Notes under the pieces: generated by a model
What the model saw: only the letters and a program-made list of their open reading frames with translations
Told to the model about the DNA's origin: nothing
Database searches by the model: none
Shown here: positions 1 to 9,431 of the stretch, piece after piece
Position numbering within the stretch: position 1 is the first letter of the stretch
How the letters are laid out: each line of letters opens with the position of its first letter
Assembly: GCA_902587545.1 (NCBI GenBank)
Contig: CACILL010000001.1
Location: 331,300 to 395,299, forward strand
Reading direction: 5' to 3'
Length of the DNA: 64,000 nt
Source: an uncultured SAR86 cluster bacterium
GTDB taxonomy: Bacteria; Pseudomonadota; Gammaproteobacteria; Magnimaribacterales; AG-339-G14
Made by a program: the position numbers and the translations under genes

Positions 1-2
1 AA

Positions 3-104
3 GAAAGTATTAACGAATTAGATCTGAATTTAAACCTTCGTCCAGACGAACTGTCTTTAAGTGATTATCTTCAAATATCTACATTGGTGAAGGATGATGG
101 CTAA
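3..104 (+). CDS. rsmA: 3' end of 16S rRNA (adenine-N6)-dimethyltransferase RsmA/KsgA (partial, runs off window start)
   Basis: Frame +3 is open from the window edge to TAA at 102-104. The tail ESINELDLNLNLRPDELSLSDYLQISTLVKDDG resembles the KsgA C-terminal 'RPEeLS..dy..L' helix. It lies directly upstream of, and overlaps, apaH as in rsmA-(apaG)-apaH loci. Confidence 0.5.
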   Translation, partial: ESINELDLNLNLRPDELSLSDYLQISTLVKDDG

Positions 105-915
105 TTACGCAGTTGGAGATATTCAAGGTTGTTTTAAAGAGTTGAAAGAGGGTTTAGAGCTAATAAACTTTAAAAGTTCAAAAGATTTTTTGTGGATTAC
201 AGGAGATCTAATAAATAGGGGTCCAGAATCTTTGAAAGTTTTAGAATATGTTTTCAAAATTAGAAATTCAGTTCACATAGTCTTGGGTAATCATGACTTA
301 CATTATCTAAATTGTTTCTTCAACAATAAAAATCTTAGCGATGAAGATACTTTTCAACCTCAAATGTTTCAAAAAAAATATTTAAGAATGGCTAAATTTC
401 TTTTGCAACAGCCTTTTGTATTCTCAAAAAAAATTTTAACTAAAAAAAAGGTCATTCAAGTTGCAATGGTTCATGCAGGTATTCCAAAAAATATGTCGCT
501 TAAAAAAGCTGAAACTTTATCTAAGCTATGCGGGTTAGAGTTAAAAAATAATCCAAAAAAAAATTTAAAAAAAATTTTTGAAGATAAAAGAAATTTCCAC
601 TCTATTGACTCTTTTAGCGGTTTAATAAACTTTTTTACAAGGGTTAGAGTTATAAATAAAAATGGATTACCTAATTTCTCATTCAAGGGGAGAAAAAAGA
701 ACATTCCTCCTAATTTAATAACTTGGTTTAAGGAAGAAAATAAAATAATGAATGATATTGATCTTTTAGTATTTGGTCATTGGGCGGCTCTTCAAGGCAA
801 GACAGATATATCTAATATCATAGCCTTAGATACTGGATGTTGTTGGGGAAAAGATCTAACATTTTTAAGGTTGGAAGATCAAAAAAAATTTGTAGTAAAA
901 AGTAAGCAAAAATGA
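94..915 (+). CDS. apaH: bis(5'-nucleosyl)-tetraphosphatase, symmetrical (ApaH)
   Basis: Metallophosphatase motifs GDIQGC, GDLINRG and GNHD at the N-terminus. Length of 273 aa is typical of ApaH. Confidence 0.9.
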   Translation: MMANYAVGDIQGCFKELKEGLELINFKSSKDFLWITGDLINRGPESLKVLEYVFKIRNSVHIVLGNHDLHYLNCFFNNKNLSDEDTFQPQMFQKKYLRMAKFLLQQPFVFSKKILTKKKVIQVAMVHAGIPKNMSLKKAETLSKLCGLELKNNPKKNLKKIFEDKRNFHSIDSFSGLINFFTRVRVINKNGLPNFSFKGRKKNIPPNLITWFKEENKIMNDIDLLVFGHWAALQGKTDISNIIALDTGCCWGKDLTFLRLEDQKKFVVKSKQK

Positions 916-1991
916 AAGTTTTCTTAGTCGGTGGAGCAATAAGGGATGAGTTGTTGGGTATTCCTTTCGATGAAAAAGACTGGGTTGTTGTAAATTCGTC
1001 TCATAAAGAAATGTTAAAACAAGGCTTTAAACAAGTTGGAAAAAACTTTCCTGTTTATTTGCATCCCAAAACAAATGAAGAATATGCTTTGGCTAGAAAA
1101 GAAGTAAAAACCGGAAAAGGTCATAAAGATTTTTCTTTTAATACAGAATCTAAAGTTTCACTTAATGAAGATTTAAAAAGAAGAGACATTACTATAAATG
1201 CTATTGCTAAAGATGAGTCTGGGAAATTATATGACCCTTTTGGAGGTATTAAAGACCTAAAAGACAGGAGGATTAGAATAGTTTCTAAAGCTTTCTCTGA
1301 AGATCCCCTAAGGCTTTTTAGAGTTGCAAGATTTAAATCAAAACTAGCTGATTTTAATTTCTCAATTTCCAGAGATTCTTTAAAAGTTTTAAAGAAAATG
1401 TCATTAAACAATGAGATAAATTTTCTTTCTGGGGAAAGAATCTGGGATGAAACTCAAAAGGCTCTAAGTTATAAAAATTCTAGTAAATATTTTGCAACTC
1501 TAAAAAAAGTTGGAGCTTTAAAATATTTTGATGGACTTGAAAAGACCTACTCTAAAAATCTAAAGTTTCTTAAAAAAATGGATAATGAAACAAATATGGT
1601 TCTTGAAAAATGGGCAATAATTAATCTAAATTCTGATTATGCGGAAATTCTTGAAAGAAAGATTAGAGTTCCAAATAAAATTACAAATTTTAGAAAAACA
1701 CTTAATGAACTATTTCAATTGATTAAAAAGAAAAATATTAATGAAAAAAAGCTTTTAACAAGCCTTAACAAAATGAATTTTTTCCGGAATGAATCAAATT
1801 TATTAGATTCATTAGACTTACTTCAAAAATTAAAAATAATTACCTCAAAAAAAAATAAAAATTGGAAATCTTTCTTGAAAGAACTTAAAAAAGTTAAAGT
1901 AAAAACATCTGGTCTTAAAGCTGTTGAAATTAAAGAAAAAATATTTAATAAAAGATTAAAAGCAATTCAGGATAGAAAAAATGATTTATAA
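912..1991 (+). CDS. cca: tRNA CCA-adding nucleotidyltransferase, short form without recognisable HD domain
   Basis: Class II nucleotidyltransferase head motifs GGAIRD and RRDITINA, and EDPLRLFRVARF. At 359 aa it is shorter than about 412 aa for E. coli Cca. 4-nt overlap with apaH. Confidence 0.88.
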   Translation: MKVFLVGGAIRDELLGIPFDEKDWVVVNSSHKEMLKQGFKQVGKNFPVYLHPKTNEEYALARKEVKTGKGHKDFSFNTESKVSLNEDLKRRDITINAIAKDESGKLYDPFGGIKDLKDRRIRIVSKAFSEDPLRLFRVARFKSKLADFNFSISRDSLKVLKKMSLNNEINFLSGERIWDETQKALSYKNSSKYFATLKKVGALKYFDGLEKTYSKNLKFLKKMDNETNMVLEKWAIINLNSDYAEILERKIRVPNKITNFRKTLNELFQLIKKKNINEKKLLTSLNKMNFFRNESNLLDSLDLLQKLKIITSKKNKNWKSFLKELKKVKVKTSGLKAVEIKEKIFNKRLKAIQDRKNDL

Positions 1992-2703
1992 AACTGCCTT
2001 AATCACTGGAGGAGCAATAAGAATTGGTAAAGATATATGTAAAAAACTGCATGAAAACGGTTACAACATCATTTGCCATTACAACAAATCGGAAAATGAA
2101 GCAAAAGACCTTAAGTCCGAATTAAACAAATTAAGAGAGGGTAGCTGTGAAATTTTTAGCTTAGATCTTAATGATTTTGAACAAGTAAAAGAGCTCACAA
2201 GGCAGATTAGCAGTAATTTTAATTCACTGGACCTTTTGGTAAATAATGCCTCATCTTTTTTTAAAACAGATGTGGAAAATCATAATGACTCTGACTGGGA
2301 TGATCTTATTAACTCAAATTTACGAGGACCGTTTTTGTTATCAAAGTACTGTAAAAAAATGCTTTCAGAATCTAAAGGATTAATAATCAATATATCTGAT
2401 GCAATGGTTAATAGAGGCATGAAAGATTATGTAATTTACTCTATGGCGAAGGCAGGACTTGAAAATTTAACCAAAACTCTTGCGCGTGAGTTTGCTCCCG
2501 AAGTAAGAGTAAATGCTGTTGCTCCGGGAGCAATATTGTTACCTTCAGATGGCTCGTCTGAAGAACAAGATCTTTTAAATGAAATTCCTTTGAACAGAAT
2601 CGGTACAGAAAGAGATATTTCTGAGGCTGTAGTTGGGTTGACTAAATTTTCCTACGTTACCGGTCAGATTTTAAAAATTGATGGCGGCAGATCTTTAAAT
2701 TGA
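1981..2703 (+). CDS. folM: SDR-family pteridine/dihydromonapterin reductase-like protein (FolM/PTR1-like)
   Basis: TGGAIRIG cofactor motif, which is characteristic of FolM/pteridine reductases rather than the classical TGxxxGIG. YSMAKAGLENLTKTLAREFAPEVRVNAVAPG aligns with E. coli FolM YAASKAALDNMTRSFARKLAPEVKVNSIAPS. Confidence 0.6.
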   Translation: MIYKTALITGGAIRIGKDICKKLHENGYNIICHYNKSENEAKDLKSELNKLREGSCEIFSLDLNDFEQVKELTRQISSNFNSLDLLVNNASSFFKTDVENHNDSDWDDLINSNLRGPFLLSKYCKKMLSESKGLIINISDAMVNRGMKDYVIYSMAKAGLENLTKTLAREFAPEVRVNAVAPGAILLPSDGSSEEQDLLNEIPLNRIGTERDISEAVVGLTKFSYVTGQILKIDGGRSLN

Positions 2704-2730
2704 TGTATATTTACTTTTTTTGAGAAAAGC

Positions 2731-3780
2731 ATGAATAGTAAGTTCAAAGGGGAATATTCAGGTACAAAAAATGTATCAGAAAGACATGAAATTGATCAAA
2801 ATAAACTTCAAGAATTTCTCAATAACAAATTAGAAAACTTTGGGGACATAAACTCAATTGAAGAATTCATTGGGGGGCAATCCAATCCTACTTACCTTTT
2901 AAAAACTCAAAGAGAATCTTATGTCTTAAGAAGAAAGCCTCCAGGGAAGCTTTTGAAATCTGCGCACGCAGTTGATAGAGAATACAAAGTAATTGCTGCC
3001 TTGAATAAAACTGATGTTCCGGTTCCAAAAGCCTATATACATTGCGAAGATGAATCAGTCATCGGAACAGAATTCTTCCTGATGAGTTTTGTAGATGGGG
3101 AAGTAATGTGGGAACCTCATATCCCTCAAGCATCCAATGAAGAAAGACAAAGGATTTATCATTCTATGAATGAAACAATTGCTAAGTTACACAGTGTTGA
3201 TCATGAAAGTATTGGTCTAGAAACTTTTGGAAAGCCTGGAAATTATGTAGGTCGACAAGTTGCAAGATGGTCTAAGCAGTATGTCGCATCAGAAACAAGA
3301 GAAATTAAATCTATGAACAATCTCATGGAGTGGTTGCCAAAAAACCTCCCTGCTGAAAAAGCGACAAAACTTGTTCATGGTGACTTTAGTTTAAGCAACG
3401 TCATGATTGACTTAAAAACCTTTAAAATTTGCGCAATACTGGATTGGGAGCTTTCTACGCTAGGAGATCCTGCTGCAGATTTTAGTTATCACTGTATTCA
3501 ATATAAATTAAATCCAGTTTTATCGGATGAAAATCAATGCAAAGATTTGGGTATTCCTACTGAAATGGAATATTTAGAAATGTATGAAGAGAAAACTGGT
3601 TATCAAATCAAACCGGAGTGGAATTTGTACATGGGTTTTAACTTATTTAAGTTAGCAGCAATCAGTCAAGGAATTATGGGCAGAGTCAGAGACGGAACTG
3701 CAGCAGGCAAAAATGCTGACTCTTTTGGCGAAAATGCCGTTATGATGGCTGATGCAGCTTGGAAATTAATTAACGAGTGA
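2731..3780 (+). CDS. phosphotransferase-family kinase (APH/ChoK fold, ACAD10/11 N-terminal-domain-like)
   Basis: Brenner-type catalytic motif HGDFSLSNVMID followed by ILDWELSTLGDPAADF. The N-terminal lobe carries GGQSNPTYLL. Confidence 0.8.
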   Translation: MNSKFKGEYSGTKNVSERHEIDQNKLQEFLNNKLENFGDINSIEEFIGGQSNPTYLLKTQRESYVLRRKPPGKLLKSAHAVDREYKVIAALNKTDVPVPKAYIHCEDESVIGTEFFLMSFVDGEVMWEPHIPQASNEERQRIYHSMNETIAKLHSVDHESIGLETFGKPGNYVGRQVARWSKQYVASETREIKSMNNLMEWLPKNLPAEKATKLVHGDFSLSNVMIDLKTFKICAILDWELSTLGDPAADFSYHCIQYKLNPVLSDENQCKDLGIPTEMEYLEMYEEKTGYQIKPEWNLYMGFNLFKLAAISQGIMGRVRDGTAAGKNADSFGENAVMMADAAWKLINE

Positions 3781-3787
3781 GGTAAAA

Positions 3788-4270
3788 ATGTCAAAAATAA
3801 AAATGCCAGTTGAAAAAAGTCACATCATGATGTTTGCGAGATCAATTGGAGATGCAAATCCTAAATATTATGAAGAAAAAGATGAAAATGTTATTGCACC
3901 TCCTACTTTCATTCAATCTAGTGCGCAATTTGATCCTGATTATTTTTTAAGACCAAAAATTGGTGGTGACAATTGGTTTGGGTCTGGGAAAGAAGCTACT
4001 GGAATGAAATCATCGGGATCTGGCTCTGGGGGTGGAGGAGCGGCAATGGGCCTTCATGCCGAACAACATTATGAATACCATCAACCTCTGAAAGTGGGCG
4101 ATGTTATTACTGCTGAGGTTAAACCAGGAAAATCTTGGGAAAAAGAAAGTAAAAGAGCTGGGAAATTAAAATTTAGTGAAAGTGTAACAGAATACAGAAA
4201 TCAAGATGGTGAGCTCATCATTACTGCAACTTCTGTTGGAGTGGTTACAGAAAAACCTGTAGAAAATTAG
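3788..4270 (+). CDS. MaoC-family dehydratase, N-terminal-type hot-dog subunit
   Basis: 160 aa hot-dog-like protein with an internal Gly-rich loop (GSGSGGGGAA). It sits immediately upstream of a canonical MaoC subunit, the arrangement of heterodimeric hydratases (HadAB/ChsH1-H2 style). Confidence 0.7.
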   Translation: MSKIKMPVEKSHIMMFARSIGDANPKYYEEKDENVIAPPTFIQSSAQFDPDYFLRPKIGGDNWFGSGKEATGMKSSGSGSGGGGAAMGLHAEQHYEYHQPLKVGDVITAEVKPGKSWEKESKRAGKLKFSESVTEYRNQDGELIITATSVGVVTEKPVEN

Positions 4271-4279
4271 GAGAAGGAT

Positions 4280-4696
4280 ATGTTGAAGAAAAATGAAATT
4301 AAAGTTGGAGATACTTATTCTGAAAAAATTGTAGAAGATTTAAAGAGAACTCAAATTGTGCAATATGCTGGAGCATCTGGTGACTACAACCCTCTGCATT
4401 CCGATGATAAATTCACTAAAGAAATTGCCGGTTATCCAGGTGTCTTTGCTCATGGAATGTTATCAATGGGAATGACAGGTAAGATGCTTACAAACTTTGT
4501 TGGTGATGGTACGCTTAAAAAATATGGCGTTCGTTTTACCAATCAAGTTTGGCCTGGAGATTCTTTAGAAAGCACTGCAACAATCATAGATATCAAAGAA
4601 GAGAACGGCGAAACCCTTGCCGAGATTGCTATTGAAACAAAGAATCAAGACGGTGCTACTGTTATTACTGGCTCTGCTACTGCAAAAGTAGGCTAA
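4280..4696 (+). CDS. MaoC-like (R)-specific enoyl-CoA hydratase/dehydratase subunit
   Basis: Motif YAGASGDYNPLHSDDKFTKEIAGYPGVFAHGML (MaoC hydratase motif D-x-N-P-x-H). 138 aa single hot-dog. Confidence 0.85.
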   Translation: MLKKNEIKVGDTYSEKIVEDLKRTQIVQYAGASGDYNPLHSDDKFTKEIAGYPGVFAHGMLSMGMTGKMLTNFVGDGTLKKYGVRFTNQVWPGDSLESTATIIDIKEENGETLAEIAIETKNQDGATVITGSATAKVG

Positions 4697-4708
4697 TAAA
4701 TAAGTTTT

Positions 4709-6307
4709 ATGAACAATCCTTCTATTCCAGAAGTCGGTGGCCGTAGTGCAAAATTTGCTCTTATTCTGCTTGTCATAGTCTATGTATTCAATTTCATAGA
4801 TAGACAAATCTTAACCATTCTCGCCGAAGATTTAAAAGCAGATTTAAATATCTCTGACAGTGATATTGGGTTCTTATATGGAACTGCTTTTGCAGTTTTT
4901 TATTCAGTGGTTGGAATCCCAATGGGTAAACTAGCTGATACTTGGAATAGAAAAAATTTAATAAGTTTGGGTTTGGCTTTTTGGAGCTTAATGACATTTT
5001 TGTCAGGTACTGCAAAGTCTTTTTTATCATTATCAATTTATAGATTTGGTGTTGGCATTGGAGAATCTAGCGCGTCACCAGCGTCTTACTCCCTTTTGTC
5101 AGACTACTTCTCTCCAAAAGTTAGAGCAACAGTATTATCGATTTACGCAAGCGGACTTTACATAGGTTCGGGAATAGGGATATTCATTGGAGGGCTGATA
5201 GTAGATAACTGGAATGAAGCTTTTCCAATAATATCTGAAGCTCCATTTGGATTAAAAGGATGGCAAGTAGCTTTCATGGCGGTTGGTCTGCCAGGAATTT
5301 TGCTGGCCCTAATAACATGGCAGATAAAAGAACCACCTAGAGGTCTAAGCGAGGGTTTAACAGAAACCAAAAAAGAAAATCCTCTTAAGGCAGCTTTTGG
5401 AGAACTAGTAGGACTAACTCCCATTGGGTTGCTTCAAGCTGAAAATACACAAAAAGAATTATTAAGAAATTTTGCTTTGCTTATTTTTGTTTTATCAGCT
5501 GCCTATTGGTTGATTCAAACAACTGGAGATTATTTGCAATGGATTGCCTTTGGAATAGGTTTTTACATTGTGTGCAATTGGATTCAAGGACTAAGAATCA
5601 GAGATAAAGTTGCTTTTGAATTGATGTTCAAAAGCAAGGCACTTTTACTTGGTCTGTTAGCTTTTCCTTTTATTACTTTTGTCACTTATGCATTAGGTGC
5701 TTTTGGCCCCGCCTTTTACATAAGAAATTTCGGTATGACAGCCTCTGAGGTTGGTGTTATCTATGGCTTAATAACTGCTTTTGGATCCATGGTAGGAGTA
5801 ATTGGGGGTGGTTTTGTTGGAGATAAACTAAGAGAAAAATACATAAATGGAAAGCTATATTTGATAATGGCTTCTGCCCTAGGTACCGCAGTTACAGGTC
5901 TGGGATTTTTGTATTCACCTGAAGCCAATGTCTCTTTTGCATGGAAATTTTTCTATCATGTTTCTTCAACTGCTTGGTTAGGTTGTGCAGCCTCAACAGT
6001 AACTGAACTTGTTTTACCAAGGTTAAGAGCGGTGGCAAGTGCATTTTTTATTTTAATGCTTAGTATGGGTGGATTAGCTTTGGGACCTTATCTGACAGGT
6101 ATGTTGAGTGATATTTATACAATGCAATTTCTTGCCGAAGGGATGAATAAATCAATGGCAGAAGCAATTGGGTTAAAACAAGCCCTAGCTCAGTCTTTAG
6201 TGGTTTTATTAGTACCTATGGTTTTATTGGGTTTTGCTTGTAGATTTTTGAAAAAAGACGAAGAAAATCTTTTTGTTAAAGCGAGAAACCTAGGCGAAGC
6301 TATTTAA
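4709..6307 (+). CDS. MFS transporter (Spinster-like, 532 aa)
   Basis: At least 12 predicted hydrophobic segments. MFS signature GKLADTWNRKNL between TM2 and TM3. Confidence 0.85.
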   Translation: MNNPSIPEVGGRSAKFALILLVIVYVFNFIDRQILTILAEDLKADLNISDSDIGFLYGTAFAVFYSVVGIPMGKLADTWNRKNLISLGLAFWSLMTFLSGTAKSFLSLSIYRFGVGIGESSASPASYSLLSDYFSPKVRATVLSIYASGLYIGSGIGIFIGGLIVDNWNEAFPIISEAPFGLKGWQVAFMAVGLPGILLALITWQIKEPPRGLSEGLTETKKENPLKAAFGELVGLTPIGLLQAENTQKELLRNFALLIFVLSAAYWLIQTTGDYLQWIAFGIGFYIVCNWIQGLRIRDKVAFELMFKSKALLLGLLAFPFITFVTYALGAFGPAFYIRNFGMTASEVGVIYGLITAFGSMVGVIGGGFVGDKLREKYINGKLYLIMASALGTAVTGLGFLYSPEANVSFAWKFFYHVSSTAWLGCAASTVTELVLPRLRAVASAFFILMLSMGGLALGPYLTGMLSDIYTMQFLAEGMNKSMAEAIGLKQALAQSLVVLLVPMVLLGFACRFLKKDEENLFVKARNLGEAI

Positions 6308-6751
6308 CTTCTTTTTCCAAATCTCAGAGATTTTTTCTTGATGCTTAGGATGTATCAAATCTGGGGCAATTTCTGCTAAAGGCTCCAGTACAAATCTATA
6401 TAGATCAATGTCTTTGTGAGGTATTTCTTTGCCTAAAGCCATGCCTACGTATTTTCCGTATAGCAACAAATCAATATCAATTTCTCTATCGGAAAACTTT
6501 TCTGACCTATCTTTTCTGCCGATTTTTTTTTCGATGTCTTTCAACATACCAACAACCTCTTCTGCAGAATCTTCAGTTGTGAGGCAGACTACTTGATTTA
6601 GAAAATCTTCACCTTCAAAGCCTTCTGATTTTGTTTTATAAGTTTTTGATTCTTTTTCTAATTGGTACTCCTGACTTAAAAGTTCTTTTGCTTTATTTAA
6701 ATTTTCCTCTGGCTTGATGTTACTGCCAAGACTTAAATATATTTGTGGCAT
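6290..6751 (-). CDS. folK: 2-amino-4-hydroxy-6-hydroxymethyldihydropteridine diphosphokinase
   Basis: N-terminal IYLSLGSNI and REIDIDLLLYG align with E. coli FolK AYIAIGSNL and RTLDLDIMLFG. It follows folB. Confidence 0.85.
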   Translation of the reverse strand: MPQIYLSLGSNIKPEENLNKAKELLSQEYQLEKESKTYKTKSEGFEGEDFLNQVVCLTTEDSAEEVVGMLKDIEKKIGRKDRSEKFSDREIDIDLLLYGKYVGMALGKEIPHKDIDLYRFVLEPLAEIAPDLIHPKHQEKISEIWKKKLNSFA

Positions 6752-7104
6752 TATCTTGAACGGAAAATTGTAAGCCCTACTTCTTTTGATCCACGAAGAG
6801 CGCCAGGCTTGGATACAGATAGAGAAAGATTTAATACCTTTTCATCTTGCAAGATAATTTTTGAAATTTTTTCAGCAAGAGCTTCAATAAGCTGAAAAGA
6901 TGATTTTTCTACAAATTTTATTATTTTCTTTGATGTAGTTTTATAGTCAAAAGTATCTTCTATATTGTCTGACTTAAAAGCTTTTTTGATATCAACTTCT
7001 ACTTCGTAAGAAATTTTTATGAGTTGCTTAACCTCTCTTTCCCAGTCAAAGATTCCAATAATGGCTTCAATTTCTAAATCTTTTACAAAAATCTTATTAG
7101 ACAT
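6751..7104 (-). CDS. folB: dihydroneopterin aldolase
   Basis: IFVKDLEIEAIIGIFDWEREVKQ matches the FolB N-terminal signature. 117 aa. Upstream of folK. Confidence 0.85.
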   Translation of the reverse strand: MSNKIFVKDLEIEAIIGIFDWEREVKQLIKISYEVEVDIKKAFKSDNIEDTFDYKTTSKKIIKFVEKSSFQLIEALAEKISKIILQDEKVLNLSLSVSKPGALRGSKEVGLTIFRSR

Positions 7105-8110
7105 TTTCTAAACTCCATCTTGGTGCAACATCAATACTAAACTCTTTTGTCTGCTCTTTAATTTTTTGGAAACCTGCAAAGGCGATCATCAGCCCGTTAT
7201 CTGTACAGTGTTTTTGGTCTGGATAATAAAGATTTATGGTTTTTTTGTGCTTTTCCAGTTCCTCTCTTAGGTATTTATTAGCAGCAACTCCACCGGATAA
7301 AACAAGTGATTGAATACGTTCAATTGAGCATGCCTTTAGGGATTTTTTAACTAGACAATCTATCGCAGCATTTTGAAACTCAAAAGCAATATCGTTTACT
7401 GTATCCTCAGAAAGGTCTTCTTTTTCAGACAAATCCTTCACCTTATAAAGTACAGATGTTTTTAAGCCGCTAAAACTAAAATTTAAGTCCTTAGAATCAA
7501 TCATGGGTCGTGGAAAAGAAAAATGATGTTTTCCTTTAGATAACAAAGCTCTTTTTTCAATTTCTGGACCGCCTGGGTAACCCAATTTCAATAATTTTGC
7601 AGTTTTATCAAATGCCTCCCCCACAGCATCATCTTTTGTTTGTCCAATGACTTTGTATGCATTGGGTGAAGAAACTTTGACTATTAAAGTATGTCCTCCT
7701 GAAACTAACAAACTAATAAATGGATAAGTTAAATCGTCTGCATCGTATTTTGCCATTATCAAATGTGCTTCCATATGATGTATTGGTATCACAGGAATAT
7801 CTAGGGCATAAGACAATGAGTTTGCAAAGCCTGCTCCAACCATTAAAGGACCTCTTAAACCAGGACCATTGGTAAAGGCAATTGCTTCAATCTCTTCCAT
7901 CGAGATACTTGAATCTTTCATTTTATTTCTTAACAAAGGTAAGAGCCGATTAATGTGATCTCTAGCGGCTAGCTCAGGAACTACCCCTCCATACAAATCG
8001 TGCTCTTCTGCTTGACTGTATAAAGCTTCGAATATAATTTGATTGGCCTTACCGTCATATAAAGCAATTCCAGTTTCATCGCACGAAGTCTCTATTCCCA
8101 ATATTTTCAT
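7097..8110 (-). CDS. tsaD: tRNA N6-adenosine threonylcarbamoyltransferase
   Basis: GIETSCDET and HHMEAH metal site. Divergent from rpsU as in E. coli. Confidence 0.95.
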   Translation of the reverse strand: MKILGIETSCDETGIALYDGKANQIIFEALYSQAEEHDLYGGVVPELAARDHINRLLPLLRNKMKDSSISMEEIEAIAFTNGPGLRGPLMVGAGFANSLSYALDIPVIPIHHMEAHLIMAKYDADDLTYPFISLLVSGGHTLIVKVSSPNAYKVIGQTKDDAVGEAFDKTAKLLKLGYPGGPEIEKRALLSKGKHHFSFPRPMIDSKDLNFSFSGLKTSVLYKVKDLSEKEDLSEDTVNDIAFEFQNAAIDCLVKKSLKACSIERIQSLVLSGGVAANKYLREELEKHKKTINLYYPDQKHCTDNGLMIAFAGFQKIKEQTKEFSIDVAPRWSLENV

Positions 8111-8127
8111 TTAAATTAAAAGTTATT

Positions 8128-8156
8128 TTGCAAAATATCTTAACTCTCTATAGAAT
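8128..8156 (+). promoter_or_regulatory. candidate sigma70 promoter for rpsU (TTGCAA-N17-TAGAAT)
   Basis: TTGCAA at 8128-8133, a 17-nt spacer, then TAGAAT at 8151-8156, about 19 nt before the rpsU ATG. Pattern match only. Confidence 0.4.
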
Positions 8157-8174
8157 TGCTCGCCTAATATAAAT

Positions 8175-8393
8175 ATGCCTATTATAAAGCTAAAAGATAA
8201 CGAATCTTTCGATTCTGGACTCAGAAGATTTAAAAGGTCTTGTGATAAAGCTGGAATCATTTCTGAAATAAGAAAAAGAGAATTTTACGAAAAACCTACC
8301 TCTGTCAGGAAAAGAAAAGCTGCAGCAGCTGTTAAGAGACAAGCTAAAAGAAGAAAGTTCGGCAAAATGCCACCTTTAAGAGCAAGAGTCTAA
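8175..8393 (+). CDS. rpsU: 30S ribosomal protein S21
   Basis: [28 protein letters not shown]... is near-collinear with E. coli S21. Confidence 0.95.
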   Translation: MPIIKLKDNESFDSGLRRFKRSCDKAGIISEIRKREFYEKPTSVRKRKAAAAVKRQAKRRKFGKMPPLRARV

Positions 8394-8843
8394 ATGTCTA
8401 TAGATCTTAAAAGCTTGATTAAAACTCAAGTCACGATATCTATGAAAGATGGTGACAAGTTTAGAACTACTGTTTTAAGAATGATTCTTGCGGATATTCA
8501 AAAAATTGAAATTGAAGAAAAGTCAGATCTTGATGAACTTCAAATTACCTCAATTCTTGAAAAAATGATTAAACAAAGAAATGATGCAATCGCACAATTT
8601 GAACAAGCGAAAAGGCAAGAATTGGCTGATAAAGAAAAACAGGAAATAGAAATCATTAGGGAATTTTTACCTGAACAAATGTCAGAAGAAGAGGTTTCTG
8701 AATTAGTTTCTAAAATTATCTCTGAAGTTGGTGCCCAGGATATGAAAGATATGGGCAAAGTAATGGGGTCTCTAAAACCCTTGATTGCTGGAAAAGCAGA
8801 TGCAGGTGTTGTTAGTCAATTAGTAAAAAAAGCCTTAGGTTAA
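8394..8843 (+). CDS. GatB/YqeY domain-containing protein
   Basis: 149 aa with the typical YqeY pattern (MKDGDKFRTTVLRMILADI ... AIAQFEQAKRQELADKEKQEIEII). Commonly follows rpsU. Confidence 0.85.
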   Translation: MSIDLKSLIKTQVTISMKDGDKFRTTVLRMILADIQKIEIEEKSDLDELQITSILEKMIKQRNDAIAQFEQAKRQELADKEKQEIEIIREFLPEQMSEEEVSELVSKIISEVGAQDMKDMGKVMGSLKPLIAGKADAGVVSQLVKKALG

Positions 8844-9428
8844 TTTTTTAACAGTCTCAACTATAGAAATTGTTTGTTGGTCTGCTTCAACATTTACAAA
8901 ATCGCCTTTTTTAAGAAAAGATAAATTAGTTTTTGAAATAGTTTCAGGAATTATAGAAATTGTAAAAAAATTATTTGTCACATTAACAACCGTAAGGCTG
9001 ATTCCATTTATAGAAACATACCCTTTTTTGAAGATGTATCCTTTCAAATTAGAGGGAATTTTAATTTTCAGAATTCTTTCTTTTTTATCCTCAAAACTTA
9101 ATATTTCAGCAATATTATGAACATGCCCAGAGACAAAGTGTCCTCCTACTTCATCACCAATCTTCAATGATCTCTCTAAGTTATATGGAATAGAAGAAAA
9201 TTTCTCTGAAATGTTGGTTAATTTTATTGACTCATGTACAACATCAAATTCAATCAAATCTTTTTTGAAATCAACGACCGTTAAGCAAACGCCATTGACT
9301 GCAACGCTATCGCCCTTCTTTAATTTTTTTGTGAAATTAGCAGGAACTGTGATGGATAACTTATACCCATAATCCCTTTCTTCAAATTTTACCTTCTTTG
9401 ATAAGGCCTGAACTATTCCACTAAACAT
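8835..9428 (-). CDS. ribE: riboflavin synthase (alpha chain)
   Basis: MFSGIVQ start and two lumazine-binding repeats (GDSVAVNGVCLTV and GYVSINGISLTV). Confidence 0.9.
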   Translation of the reverse strand: MFSGIVQALSKKVKFEERDYGYKLSITVPANFTKKLKKGDSVAVNGVCLTVVDFKKDLIEFDVVHESIKLTNISEKFSSIPYNLERSLKIGDEVGGHFVSGHVHNIAEILSFEDKKERILKIKIPSNLKGYIFKKGYVSINGISLTVVNVTNNFFTISIIPETISKTNLSFLKKGDFVNVEADQQTISIVETVKKLT

Positions 9429-9431
9429 TTT

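Noticed and set aside
340-720. Many A7-A9 homopolymer runs inside apaH (and cca) that could be slippery or phase-variable tracts
   Set aside because: The full-length ApaH frame is intact through all of them. They correspond to Lys (AAA) and Asn-rich stretches, as expected in an AT-rich genome.
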